Shown: one piece after another, positions 42,642-52,028 of the stretch
Layout of the letters: each line of letters opens with the position of its first letter
How positions within the stretch are numbered: the stretch's first letter is position 1
NCBI GenBank assembly: GCA_018061965.1
Contig: JAGOTG010000001.1
Span: forward strand, 16,155-80,154
DNA from: Legionellaceae bacterium
GTDB lineage: Bacteria; Pseudomonadota; Gammaproteobacteria; Legionellales; Legionellaceae
Direction: 5' to 3'
Length of the DNA: 64,000 bases
Notes under the pieces: model-generated
Seen by the model: only the letters and a program-made list of their open reading frames with translations
What the model was told of the DNA's origin: nothing
Databases searched by the model: none
Program-made: the position numbers and the translations under genes

Positions 42642-44823
42642 TCTCGTCTAACACGGGGTCGAATTCTATTTTACGCTCTGCTAAATCCACTCGAGCCACC
42701 AAGACGGTCATCGGATCACCTAGTCGATAGGTATGTCCGCCCCGTTCTCCCACCAAACGATGTTTGGCAGCATCAAATGCATAATAATCTGATTTCAAAG
42801 CGGTAACGTGGACTAAGCCTTCGACATAGACATCATTCAATTCGACAAAAATACCAAAGCCTGTGACTGCAGAAATTTTGCCCTGAAAAACCTGCCCAAC
42901 TTTATCCTGCATATATTCACATTTGAGCCAGGTGACCACTTCGCGGGTTGCTTCATCTGCGCGGCGCTCAGTAGCTGAGCAATGTTTTCCCAAACGATTC
43001 ATCTCTTCATCGGTATAAGAAAATGTCTCCGGGGGTTGGTTATCAATCAAATGACCAACAGCACGGTGAATCAGTAAGTCCGGATATCTTCGAATGGGAG
43101 AGGTAAAATGAGTATAAGCAGTATAGGCTAGGCCAAAATGCCCTTCATTACATTCGATATAAGTTGCTTGTTTCAAGGAGCGTAACATGACGGTTTGAAT
43201 TAAATGTTTTTCAGGTTTGTCATCTAATTGCGCCAGAACTTGTTGAAAATCTTTGGGACTGGGTTGCTTCCCGCCAGGTAATTTCAAACCAAATTCACTT
43301 AAAAATTTACGTAATCCTACAATTTTATCTTCTTCTGGTGCGGGATGAACACGATAGAGTGCGGGAATTTTGGCCTTTTCTAGAAATTTCGCCGTAGCCA
43401 TATTGGCAGCCAACATACATTCTTCAATTAATTTATGCGCATCGTTGCGGATCAACGGTTTGATGCGTTGGATTTTACGATTGGCATCAAATTCGATTTG
43501 AGTTTCCACCGTATCAAAATCCATGGCGCCACGTTGCTTACGCAGTTTATATAATTGGTGGTACAAAGAAATGAGATCTTGGAGTGCTGGCCAGAAGGAT
43601 TCTGTGCCTTTATCTGCTGCGCCATCGATCATCCATTGGTTGACTTGGTCATAAGTCAGACGTGCTTTGGAGTGAATGACCGCCCGGTAAAATCGTGAGC
43701 GGCTGACTTTGCCTTCAGGACCTATGGTCATTTCAGCAACCATGCATAAGCGGTCAACATTGGGGTTGAGAGAGCAGATGCCATTGGAGAGTGCTTCGGG
43801 CAGCATGGGAATCACCTTCCCTGGAAAGTAGACAGAATTTCCACGTCGCGCACCTTCTTTGTCTAGCGCTGAATGGAGTGATACATAATGACTGACATCC
43901 GCGATAGCAACATATAATTGAAATCCCCCTTTGGGTTTGGCGACACAATAGACTGCGTCGTCAAAATCTTTGGCATCAGCGCCATCAATCGTGACGAAAG
44001 GTAAGGAGCGAAGATCTGACCGTTTTTGTAAATCACTGTCTTGTACGGTTTGTTTTATTTTCGCTACATCACCAGCGACATCAGCTGGCCAATCGCGAGG
44101 GATGCCATGAGCCAGAATGGAAATTTCAATTTCCATTCCCGGCGCCATGTGTTCCCCTAAAATGTGCACGACTTTGCCGATGGCTTGAGAGCGTTTGTTG
44201 GGAAACACCAAAACTTCTAGTAGAACAATTTGCCCATTTTGAGCCGCCAAAGTAAATTCTGGCGGAATGGAAATATCTTGGGTCAAGCGTTTGCTGTCAG
44301 GTACCACATAGCTGATGCCATGTTCAGAAAAAAATCTGCCGACTACGGTAGCATTAGCATGCTCTATGACTTCATGAATTTTTCCTTCCGGCCGTCCACG
44401 GCGATCGAGGGAGGTTTGAAAGGCAAGTACCACATCGCCGTGCATAACGCCGCGCATTTCAGAGGCAGACAAAATCATGTCGGGTTCTTCACCGTCAGAA
44501 ATAAAAAACCCGAATCCATCTGGATGGGCTTGTATGGTGCCTCTGCGTAAATTGATGCGCTCGAACAAACAATAACGTCCACGTCGATCTTGCATCAATT
44601 GCCCATCGCGCAACATTGCACGCAACCGAAAATTTAGTGCTTCTTGTTTGCTTTCGTCGTGGATGTCTAGCTTTTTGATGATCTGATTGCGGGTTATGGG
44701 ACGACCAAAGTCATCCAATACCATCATAATGTATTCCCGACTTGGGATCGGGTGTTCGTATTTTTCTTGTTCCCTTGTATGAAAAGGGTCTTTCGCTTTT
44801 TTATTAGTCACTGTGTTCACCAC
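42628..44823 (-). CDS. rnr: Ribonuclease R
   Basis: This 731-aa protein has an RNB domain (DGADAKDFDDAVY, HFGLAYTAYTHFTSPIRRYPDL) and a C-terminal S1 domain (GKISAVTGFGIFVEL). Confidence 0.95.
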   Translation of the reverse strand: MVNTVTNKKAKDPFHTREQEKYEHPIPSREYIMMVLDDFGRPITRNQIIKKLDIHDESKQEALNFRLRAMLRDGQLMQDRRGRYCLFERINLRRGTIQAHPDGFGFFISDGEEPDMILSASEMRGVMHGDVVLAFQTSLDRRGRPEGKIHEVIEHANATVVGRFFSEHGISYVVPDSKRLTQDISIPPEFTLAAQNGQIVLLEVLVFPNKRSQAIGKVVHILGEHMAPGMEIEISILAHGIPRDWPADVAGDVAKIKQTVQDSDLQKRSDLRSLPFVTIDGADAKDFDDAVYCVAKPKGGFQLYVAIADVSHYVSLHSALDKEGARRGNSVYFPGKVIPMLPEALSNGICSLNPNVDRLCMVAEMTIGPEGKVSRSRFYRAVIHSKARLTYDQVNQWMIDGAADKGTESFWPALQDLISLYHQLYKLRKQRGAMDFDTVETQIEFDANRKIQRIKPLIRNDAHKLIEECMLAANMATAKFLEKAKIPALYRVHPAPEEDKIVGLRKFLSEFGLKLPGGKQPSPKDFQQVLAQLDDKPEKHLIQTVMLRSLKQATYIECNEGHFGLAYTAYTHFTSPIRRYPDLLIHRAVGHLIDNQPPETFSYTDEEMNRLGKHCSATERRADEATREVVTWLKCEYMQDKVGQVFQGKISAVTGFGIFVELNDVYVEGLVHVTALKSDYYAFDAAKHRLVGERGGHTYRLGDPMTVLVARVDLAERKIEFDPVLDENVDD

Positions 44824-44844
44824 ATTAAATGTTTACTCTAGCGT

Positions 44845-45309
44845 TTACTGCAAAACATAGCCCTGTCGAGCTAAGAATGCTTGTAATGGCGCTAAGTGCA
44901 TGTTTTCACCGGCCCAAAAAATGCCTGAGTCTATTTCTGGAAATTTGGTTTTTGGCCATTGGCAAATAGCCAGAACATCTGCGCAAGAAATTTCTTGTTC
45001 ATGACCAGGTTGAGACTCAATGCATTTTATAGGCAAAGAAGTTTTGTCTAGATTGATTGCCAAAGAGGACCATTTTCCAGCCTGTAATAGACTGTTAAAT
45101 CCAGCTTGGGCCCCTTGGTCATTCGCGGAACGAGTGACCCATAAATCATTGTTCGATAAATTATGTAACATCAGTATCGAAGGTTGCGTGTTAGTAAAAG
45201 TGGGGATAGCTTCGTGAATCGGCCAAGGTATGCAGCCTGTTGGGTACACTTCTTGGGCAAGGGCATCCAAGGACAGCACGCAGAATAAAATAGTAGTTAA
45301 CAGCCTCAT
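44845..45309 (-). CDS. Hypothetical exported protein
   Basis: The ATG at 45309 gives MRLLTTILFCVLSLDALA|QEV, a signal peptide. The mature protein has four Cys residues. I cannot confirm any family. Confidence 0.6.
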   Translation of the reverse strand: MRLLTTILFCVLSLDALAQEVYPTGCIPWPIHEAIPTFTNTQPSILMLHNLSNNDLWVTRSANDQGAQAGFNSLLQAGKWSSLAINLDKTSLPIKCIESQPGHEQEISCADVLAICQWPKTKFPEIDSGIFWAGENMHLAPLQAFLARQGYVLQ

Positions 45310-45446
45310 GTTCCGACTCAAAATAAAGTAAGCGCTCCGTGTTTTTATTCACAGCTTATCATGTTAAGCCTATATAGAATAGATTTATCCTTCTGCAAAC
45401 AGCAAAGATACGCTATAATTTTCAATTTTTCAGAGCTGCGAATCCT

Positions 45447-47096
45447 ATGACAACTCCGCGTAAAATGCTGGTGACCAGTGCGCTACCCTATGCAAATGGT
45501 CATTTGCATTTGGGACATATGGTCGAACATATTCAAACCGATATCTGGGTTCGTGTACAAAAAATGTTGGGTCATGACTGTGTTGCGGTCTGTGGAGATG
45601 ATGCGCATGGCACGCCCATTATGCTTAAAGCTCGGCAACAAGGCATCACCCCCTTAGCCTTAACCCAAGCAATGCAATCGAGTCATATGCAAGATTTCAC
45701 CGCGTTCGGGATCCACTATGACTGTTATCACACCACGCATTCTCCAGAAAATGAAGCACTGGTAAGCGATATTTACCAGCGTTTACGTGAGCGGGGTGAT
45801 ATTTATACCAAATTAATCACTCAAGCTTATGATCCCGTAGAAAATATTTTTTTGCCAGATCGTTATGTCAAAGGCTCATGCCCAAAATGTCAGGCAGTCG
45901 ATCAATATGGGGATAGTTGTGAAGTGTGCGGTGCAACGTATGCACCGACTGATTTGTTAAATCCAGTATCGGCTATTTCTGGTGCGACGCCTATTGAAAA
46001 AGAATCTGAGCACTATTTTTTTGATTTGCAACGCTATGAGTCTTTTTTGAAGCAATGGACAGCCAGCGGTACGTTGCAGTCAGAAGTTGCGAATAAATTG
46101 GAAGAATGGTTTGCCGCGGGACTCCAAGCTTGGGATATTTCTAGAGACTCGCCCTATTTTGGATTTTTGATTCCAGGAACCAAGGATAAATATTTTTATG
46201 TTTGGTTAGATGCCCCCATTGGTTATATGGCGGCTTGCCAACGTTATTGCGAGCAAACGGGGAAGTCTTTTGCCGAATTTTGGGATCCGGATACAACGAC
46301 TGAGTTGTACCATTTCGTCGGGAAAGACATCATGTATTTTCATGCGCTGTTTTGGCCTGCTTTGTTATCTGGTAGTGGTCATCGCTTGCCTACAGCTATT
46401 TTTACCCATGGGTTCTTAACAGTTAATGGGCAAAAAATGTCAAAATCACGGGGTACTTTTATTGAAGCCAGACGCTATTTGGCTCATTTACATCCGGATT
46501 ATTTGCGGTATTATTTTGCTGCTAAAATGAATGGTCGCGTAGATGATTTGGACCTTAATTTTACCGATTTATTACATCGTGTGAATGCGGATTTGGTTGG
46601 GAAAGTAGTGAATATTGCGAGTCGATGTGCGGGCTTTATTCAAAAAAACTTCCAACAAACGCTAGCAAAAACTGTGCATAAGCCTGATTTGTACCAGAAT
46701 TTGCTAAATTTGCGTCCAGATTTGATTGCTGCTTATATTGGCCGGGATTATGCAAGAGCACAACGGTTGATTATGGAGGGCGCAGATGCAGTGAATCAGT
46801 ATATCGATGCTGAGAAACCTTGGGTGTTGGCCAAAGATCCCGAGACGCTACCGCAGGTACAAATGGTGTGTAGCATGGGGTTGAATCTGTTTCGGGTTTT
46901 AATGGCCTATTTGAAACCCGTGTTGCCCAAAATGGCCGAGACAGTGGAAGCATTTTTGGATTGCCCTGCTTTGGACTGGGCAAACATAGATCAACCATTG
47001 TTGGATCACATGATCCAACCTTTTGTGCCATTGATGCAACGCGTCGAACAAAGCCAGATTGATGCATTGTTAGCCGACACTAAGGAAATGCAGTGA
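45447..47096 (+). CDS. metG: Methionine--tRNA ligase (short form, without the C-terminal tRNA-binding/dimerisation domain)
   Basis: This 549-aa protein has the HIGH motif ([11 protein letters not shown]), the zinc knuckle CPKC...CEVCG and KMSKS. It ends about 130 aa before the E. coli MetG C-terminus would. Confidence 0.97.
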   Translation: MTTPRKMLVTSALPYANGHLHLGHMVEHIQTDIWVRVQKMLGHDCVAVCGDDAHGTPIMLKARQQGITPLALTQAMQSSHMQDFTAFGIHYDCYHTTHSPENEALVSDIYQRLRERGDIYTKLITQAYDPVENIFLPDRYVKGSCPKCQAVDQYGDSCEVCGATYAPTDLLNPVSAISGATPIEKESEHYFFDLQRYESFLKQWTASGTLQSEVANKLEEWFAAGLQAWDISRDSPYFGFLIPGTKDKYFYVWLDAPIGYMAACQRYCEQTGKSFAEFWDPDTTTELYHFVGKDIMYFHALFWPALLSGSGHRLPTAIFTHGFLTVNGQKMSKSRGTFIEARRYLAHLHPDYLRYYFAAKMNGRVDDLDLNFTDLLHRVNADLVGKVVNIASRCAGFIQKNFQQTLAKTVHKPDLYQNLLNLRPDLIAAYIGRDYARAQRLIMEGADAVNQYIDAEKPWVLAKDPETLPQVQMVCSMGLNLFRVLMAYLKPVLPKMAETVEAFLDCPALDWANIDQPLLDHMIQPFVPLMQRVEQSQIDALLADTKEMQ

Positions 47097-47698
47097 GTTT
47101 GGTGCAAGATATCGATGCGGTTTTACCTCAAACGCAATGTGGTTTATGTGGGTATGCCGGTTGTCGGCCGTATGCAGAAGCGATGGCTGTCGGTGCGGCT
47201 ACCATTGATCATTGTCCTCCAGGTGGGATCAAAACTTTGCATGCTTTGGGAACATTGCTACAGGTTGATCCCGCGCCTTATGAAGATCAGGTAAGACAGC
47301 AAACGAGTGCACCCGTTTTGGCTATGATTCGCGAAGCAGAATGTATTGGTTGTACCAAATGTATTCAGGCCTGCCCAGTCGATGCGATTGTGGGGGCGGC
47401 TAAACTCATGCACACGGTCTTGGCACATGAATGCACCGGTTGTGGCTTGTGTGTAGAGCCTTGCCCAGTGGATTGTATTGATATGGTTCATGTGCCAGAA
47501 CTGAGTTATGAGCCGGACGTGGCGCGTACTCGCTATCAGGCGAGACAGGTTCGACTGGTGGCGGAAGACAATGCAAAAGTACAGCATTATCGAACTAAGC
47601 GTCGCTTGAGTGTAGAGCAAGGCGATGATACGGCAGAGAAGGCCGCAAAAAAAACCTATATATTGGAAGCATTAGCACGTGTGAAGGCGAAATTTTGA
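47093..47698 (+). CDS. rnfB: RnfB/RsxB-like ferredoxin (4Fe-4S cluster protein)
   Basis: This 201-aa protein has an N-terminal [15 protein letters not shown]...CPPGG cluster and two CxxCxxCxxxCP motifs. It overlaps the metG stop by 4 nt and precedes nth, as at the end of rnf/rsx operons. No other rnf genes are present. Confidence 0.8.
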   Translation: MSLVQDIDAVLPQTQCGLCGYAGCRPYAEAMAVGAATIDHCPPGGIKTLHALGTLLQVDPAPYEDQVRQQTSAPVLAMIREAECIGCTKCIQACPVDAIVGAAKLMHTVLAHECTGCGLCVEPCPVDCIDMVHVPELSYEPDVARTRYQARQVRLVAEDNAKVQHYRTKRRLSVEQGDDTAEKAAKKTYILEALARVKAKF

Positions 47699-47699
47699 C

Positions 47700-48332
47700 A
47701 TGAATCGGGCAACCTTACAGCTCATTTTTCAACGCTTGCAAGCTCAAAACCCACATCCCAAAACAGAGTTACACTATCACTCTCATTTCGAATTATTAAT
47801 CGCTGTGATTTTATCCGCGCAAGCCACCGATGTGAGTGTGAACAAAGCAACCCGACATTTGTTCCCAATTGCCAATACACCCGAAGCAATATTGGCATTA
47901 GGGGAAGACAAATTAAAGGAACATATCAAAACCATCGGGCTTTTTAATAGTAAAGCGCGCCACATTATTCAGGCATGCGAACGCCTGGTGACGTTTCATC
48001 ATGGTAAAGTGCCCGCAACGCGCTCGGAATTGGAGGCATTACCTGGTGTGGGCAGAAAGACCGCGAATGTGGTTTTAAATACCGCGTTTGGTCTGCCAAC
48101 TATTGCGGTGGATACGCATATTTTCCGAGTGGCCAATCGGACCGGTATGGCGCGGGGGAAAACACCTTTGGAAGTAGAGCGTGGTTTAGAAAAAAGGGTT
48201 GATGCGTCTTTTTTACAGAATGCTCATCATTGGTTGATATTACATGGGCGCTATGTCTGTGCGGCAAAAAAACCACATTGTGCGACTTGTATCATCCGCG
48301 ATTTATGCGAATATAAAGAAAAAACCGACTGA
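47700..48332 (+). CDS. nth: Endonuclease III
   Basis: This 210-aa protein has the HhH-GPD motif (LPGVGRKTANVVL) and the C-terminal cluster CAAKKPHCATCIIRDLC. Confidence 0.95.
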   Translation: MNRATLQLIFQRLQAQNPHPKTELHYHSHFELLIAVILSAQATDVSVNKATRHLFPIANTPEAILALGEDKLKEHIKTIGLFNSKARHIIQACERLVTFHHGKVPATRSELEALPGVGRKTANVVLNTAFGLPTIAVDTHIFRVANRTGMARGKTPLEVERGLEKRVDASFLQNAHHWLILHGRYVCAAKKPHCATCIIRDLCEYKEKTD

Positions 48333-48341
48333 GGGGACCCT

Positions 48342-48716
48342 GTGAATATCGTTTGGGTGTTTTTAGGCTCGGGATTGGGGGGCGCTTTCCGTTATCTATT
48401 GTCTAACGCCGCATATTGGTTATTGGGCCGGAATTTTCCCTGGGGTACACTGTTGGTTAATGCCAGCGGGTCGTTCTTAATGGGTGTCCTGTTTTCTCTG
48501 CTATTGAGTCGATATGTTGCGTATGCGCCACAATTGCGCTTGTTTCTATTGGTTGGCTTTTTAGGGGGATACACAACTTTTTCTTCTTTTTCCATAGAAA
48601 CTTGGAATCTTCTTGAATCAGGGGCGTGGGTTTCAGGCATGATGAATGTTCTTATGCATATTGTGCTATGTTTGGGGTTAACGTGGCTGGGTATTTTATG
48701 GGGAAGGCAATTATGA
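48342..48716 (+). CDS. crcB: Fluoride channel CrcB/Fluc
   Basis: This 124-aa protein has 4 TM helices and a GTG start. It contains GSGLGGAFRY, GTLLVNASGSFLMG and GFLGGYTTFSSF. Confidence 0.9.
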   Translation: MNIVWVFLGSGLGGAFRYLLSNAAYWLLGRNFPWGTLLVNASGSFLMGVLFSLLLSRYVAYAPQLRLFLLVGFLGGYTTFSSFSIETWNLLESGAWVSGMMNVLMHIVLCLGLTWLGILWGRQL

Positions 48717-49015
48717 AAACAACCAAAGTTCTTGTGGTACGTATTTACATAACGGAATCCTCACAGTTACTAGAAAGCATCATGAAGTATTTGAAAAACG
48801 AAGCGAAACTCCGTGGTGTCACGGTATTTCGGGCTATTTCTGGCTTTGGCGAAACCGGGGAACAAACAGCTTCCTTTATGGCATTATCTTTAGATTTGCC
48901 CTTAGCCATCGATTTCTTTGATATTCCTAGCAAAGTAGAGCCCGCTTTGGAGCATTTGAGTACAGTTATAAAACCAGAGCATATGATATTTTGGGAAGCT
49001 AGCGCGGTTGATTAG
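48713..49015 (+). CDS. DUF190-domain protein (a common CrcB partner)
   Basis: The ATG at 48713 overlaps the crcB stop (ATGA). The sequence MKTTKVLVVRIYITESS...RGVTVFRAISGFGETG is typical of DUF190. Confidence 0.75.
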   Translation: MKTTKVLVVRIYITESSQLLESIMKYLKNEAKLRGVTVFRAISGFGETGEQTASFMALSLDLPLAIDFFDIPSKVEPALEHLSTVIKPEHMIFWEASAVD

Positions 49016-49029
49016 AGGCTATAAATTCA

Positions 49030-49500
49030 TTAGGGACAAGTATACATTCCAGGTAATGATGGGTTCACCTCTTGAGCTACATCAATCTGCGCTAAAATAG
49101 ATCTTAATCCCTCTCCAAACTCTGTGCTGATGGAGATGCTTGCATTAATGCTTGCTCGATTCAGGATTTTAGCGTAAGCCCTTGTCATTTTGACTCTGAA
49201 TTGATCAATTGCAAAAGGATTAATGTTATTAATTTCTAGCCAAGGGGTAATGACTGTATCAAACCTGTCTTCTATAAATGAGAGTTTAGCCCTTTTTTCA
49301 GAACCACAATCCTCTACGAGCTGAGTAAAACTAGAATCAGGTTCGTGTTGCACACGTTCTATCTCGTCGCTTGCGTTTTCCAGCATAGCCACCAAATGAT
49401 CTTTCATTTTTTGTGCTTTGCTAAGTGCGGGGTTCGTCATCGTGTGACTATCAGGTAAGGTTTTTTTAAAATGTGTCATGTTTGTGGATGTAAATTCCAT
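49030..49500 (-). CDS. Hypothetical protein (orphan)
   Basis: This 156-aa soluble ORF lies downstream of MITE copy 1. I recognise no family. Confidence 0.5.
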   Translation of the reverse strand: MEFTSTNMTHFKKTLPDSHTMTNPALSKAQKMKDHLVAMLENASDEIERVQHEPDSSFTQLVEDCGSEKRAKLSFIEDRFDTVITPWLEINNINPFAIDQFRVKMTRAYAKILNRASINASISISTEFGEGLRSILAQIDVAQEVNPSLPGMYTCP

Positions 49501-49639
49501 AATTAACGAGCTTCTGTATTTTCAAAGAGTAAATTCATTATACCTACTTCGCATATTTTTGTTATTAAATTCGTAGTTTCTATATGGTAAACGCATTTAA
49601 TGTGAGCGAGTCAGGCCCAAATGCGGCAATTAAGCGGTA

Positions 49640-49749
49640 TAGGACTTACGTAAAACTCCGATCTCTTCGTTGGATTTAGCATTTTAGCCATTTAAACGCC
49701 CTAATTAAAGACTAAATCCACCTCGACTCAGAGTTTTGCGTAAGTCCTA
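49640..49749 (+). mobile_element. MITE-like palindromic repeat element, copy 1 (about 110 bp)
   Basis: TAGGACTTACGTAAAACTCCGA ... TCAGAGTTTTGCGTAAGTCCTA are terminal inverted repeats. Internal arms also pair (tggatttag / ctaaatcca). It has no coding capacity. It lies 21 nt downstream of the glmU stop. Confidence 0.8.
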
Positions 49750-49770
49750 AGGTAGTACTGGGATCCGATT

Positions 49771-51150
49771 TTACTTAGGGTGATCGATCTTCTTCTTGCG
49801 CTTCCAACCCGGTATGGTTTTTTGTTGAGAGAGCGAGAGTGTTAATTGATCTGGAGGTGCATTGCTGCGTATGGTGCTACCGGCGCCGATGGTCGCATTT
49901 TTTCCGATAGTGACGGGCGCAACCAATTGTGTGTCGGAACCAATGTTTACCCCGTCTTCGATAATGGTTTGATGTTTGTTTGCACCGTCATAATTACAGG
50001 TAATGGTGCCTGCTCCAATATTGACATGACTCCCAATGGTCACATCGCCCAAATAGCTAAGATGATTGGCTTTGCTATGTTCACCAAAAATGGCTTGTTT
50101 GGCTTCAACAAAATTGCCAATTTTACAATGAGCGGCTAATTGCGTACCAGGCCGAATACGGGCAAAAGGGCCAATCTGGCAATTATCACCAATGATGCAA
50201 TTCTCCAAAACGCTGGCAGTTTCTATTTTACAGTGTGCGCCAATGGTGACATGAGACAAAACGCAATTGGGTCCAATAACGGAACCCTCACCAATGTGTA
50301 CTTGGCCCTTGAAGAGCGTGTTAATATCAATAAATACATCTTGATCACAGTTCAAGGTTCCGCGAATATCAATGCGATTGATATCAGCAATGCCGATGCC
50401 TGACAATAATAATTGTTCTGCAACACGCCGTTGCCAGATGCGTTCAACCTGATGGAGTTGTGATCGATCGTTGACGCCTAAAATGTCTTGATAGTTATCA
50501 ACCGATAAAGAAACAATGGGTTGTTGTTCAGCTTTGGCAAGACCGATGATATCTGTGAAATAATATTCTTTTTGCGCATTTTTTGGGGTTGTTTTAGGCA
50601 GCCAGCGCTGAAGATTCGCCGCTGAAGTGCAGCAAATGCCTGAATAAATTTCTGCAATGACACGTTGGGTTGGATTGGCATCTTTTTCTTCAATAATAGC
50701 CACAATTTGCTGTTGCTCATTTCGAATAATGCGACCCAAACCCAATGGGTTGGGCACGGTGGCAACGAGCAAAGCCAATGCTTGCTGGTGCTTTTGGCCA
50801 AGTTTGATCAGTGCTTCGATGGTTTCAGCACGAAGCAAAGGCACATCACCATACAGTACTAATACGTCAGCTTCATCAGGGATATGAGGAAGGGCCTGCA
50901 GCACAGCATGCCCTGTACCCAGCTGCTCCGCTTGCGTAATCCAATTAACTGGCAACGCCTGACAGGCCGTTTGAATCGTGTCAGCAGCATGTCCTATGAT
51001 GACATGTATTTTTTCAGGAGCTTGACTCTGCGCAGTGTCTATTACCCGTTCCAACATAGAACGACCCGCAACAGTATGCAAGACTTTGGGTAATGTTGAA
51101 CGCATGCGTTGCCCAAGCCCCGCAGCCAGAATAACAATGTGTAATGCCAT
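49771..51150 (-). CDS. glmU: Bifunctional UDP-N-acetylglucosamine pyrophosphorylase / glucosamine-1-phosphate N-acetyltransferase
   Basis: This 459-aa protein starts MALHIVILAAGLGQRMRSTLPKVLH and has C-terminal left-handed beta-helix hexapeptide repeats. Confidence 0.96.
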   Translation of the reverse strand: MALHIVILAAGLGQRMRSTLPKVLHTVAGRSMLERVIDTAQSQAPEKIHVIIGHAADTIQTACQALPVNWITQAEQLGTGHAVLQALPHIPDEADVLVLYGDVPLLRAETIEALIKLGQKHQQALALLVATVPNPLGLGRIIRNEQQQIVAIIEEKDANPTQRVIAEIYSGICCTSAANLQRWLPKTTPKNAQKEYYFTDIIGLAKAEQQPIVSLSVDNYQDILGVNDRSQLHQVERIWQRRVAEQLLLSGIGIADINRIDIRGTLNCDQDVFIDINTLFKGQVHIGEGSVIGPNCVLSHVTIGAHCKIETASVLENCIIGDNCQIGPFARIRPGTQLAAHCKIGNFVEAKQAIFGEHSKANHLSYLGDVTIGSHVNIGAGTITCNYDGANKHQTIIEDGVNIGSDTQLVAPVTIGKNATIGAGSTIRSNAPPDQLTLSLSQQKTIPGWKRKKKIDHPK

Positions 51151-51180
51151 AGTCGCCCTTCACAAATAGGATGAGTCCAT

Positions 51181-51303
51181 TAGGACTTACGCAAAACTTC
51201 GATCTCTTCGTTGGATTTAGTATTTAATTCGGTCATGTAGTCATCTAAACACCCGCATAAAAGACTACAGCCGCCACGACCTCGGAGTTTTGCGTAAGTC
51301 CTA
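51181..51303 (+). mobile_element. MITE-like palindromic repeat element, copy 2 (about 123 bp)
   Basis: TAGGACTTACGCAAAACTTCGA ... TCGGAGTTTTGCGTAAGTCCTA. It has the same orientation as copy 1, and 37 of the first 40 nt are identical to copy 1. It lies 30 nt upstream of the glmU start codon. Confidence 0.85.
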
Positions 51304-51369
51304 TCCATATAATTTACAATTATTACATATAATCCTAGAAAAAGCAGTTGCAGGCTATATGGTTGAAGG

Positions 51370-51398
51370 TTGACAAAATAACCCCTTTATTGTACAAT
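51370..51398 (+). promoter_or_regulatory. Near-consensus sigma70 promoter
   Basis: TTGACA (51370-51375), a 17-nt spacer, then TACAAT (51393-51398). It lies upstream of the 51425 ORF and the atp operon. Confidence 0.45.
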
Positions 51399-51424
51399 AA
51401 ATGCACGATAAAGGGAGTGTTGTT

Positions 51425-51820
51425 ATGATTGCTAATGACGAAAAATGGGAATGTGCTCGCAATGCAACCAGCAAACAAGGGTTTTTTGCTACAGTACCTG
51501 GCACGTCAGATTGGCATGAACCGGTGTATCAATCCAAAGATTTTTCATATTGCAGGCTGTTTAAAGTCAGTTGTCCTGGTCTTTTATTGGGTTCGGCGAT
51601 GATCTTAATCGGTAAATATTTGCCTTTTATCATAGTTGCGCACGTACCACCTGTAGCGCTTACGATATTAATAGTCGCAGGGGGCTTTTTCCTCGCTTAT
51701 GGGATGCTCCAAGGTTTAAAATATGCGACCAGTCCTACGTTGAAAGAGGGCTTTAACGAAGATGTTGAAGAGTTACCTCAGCGCGCACACAGTTGTTGGG
51801 AACGATTTTCTAACGTGTAA
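51425..51820 (+). CDS. Hypothetical small membrane protein
   Basis: The ATG at 51425 has a GGGAG SD. The track start at 51401 would lie only 3 nt from the -10 hexamer. There are two predicted TM helices (LLLGSAMILIGKYLPFIIVA, VALTILIVAGGFFLAYGML). Confidence 0.5.
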   Translation: MIANDEKWECARNATSKQGFFATVPGTSDWHEPVYQSKDFSYCRLFKVSCPGLLLGSAMILIGKYLPFIIVAHVPPVALTILIVAGGFFLAYGMLQGLKYATSPTLKEGFNEDVEELPQRAHSCWERFSNV

Positions 51821-51971
51821 ATACGCATTGCATAGCGATTTTTTTCAAAGAGGTGTGTCATTCCCGTGCAGGCGGGCATCTGACTGTTCAGTCGTACAGC
51901 ACTATATTAGCGAAGGATCCACGCTGACGTGGCGCTGGCAATTATTATGAAAAAAAACTGCACATTCTAAC

Positions 51972-52000
51972 TTGCAGCGCTTGCAAGATTCATCTATAAT
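51972..52000 (+). promoter_or_regulatory. Sigma70-like promoter of the atp operon
   Basis: TTGCAG (51972-51977), a 17-nt spacer, then TATAAT (51995-52000). It coincides with the TTG start proposed by the ORF track for atpI. Confidence 0.45.
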
Positions 52001-52028
52001 TCATGCCCGTGACAAGTGGGGATATTCC

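Noticed and set aside
48333-48341. Fluoride riboswitch upstream of crcB
   Set aside because: Only 9 nt separate nth and crcB, which leaves no space for the ~60-nt crcB RNA motif.
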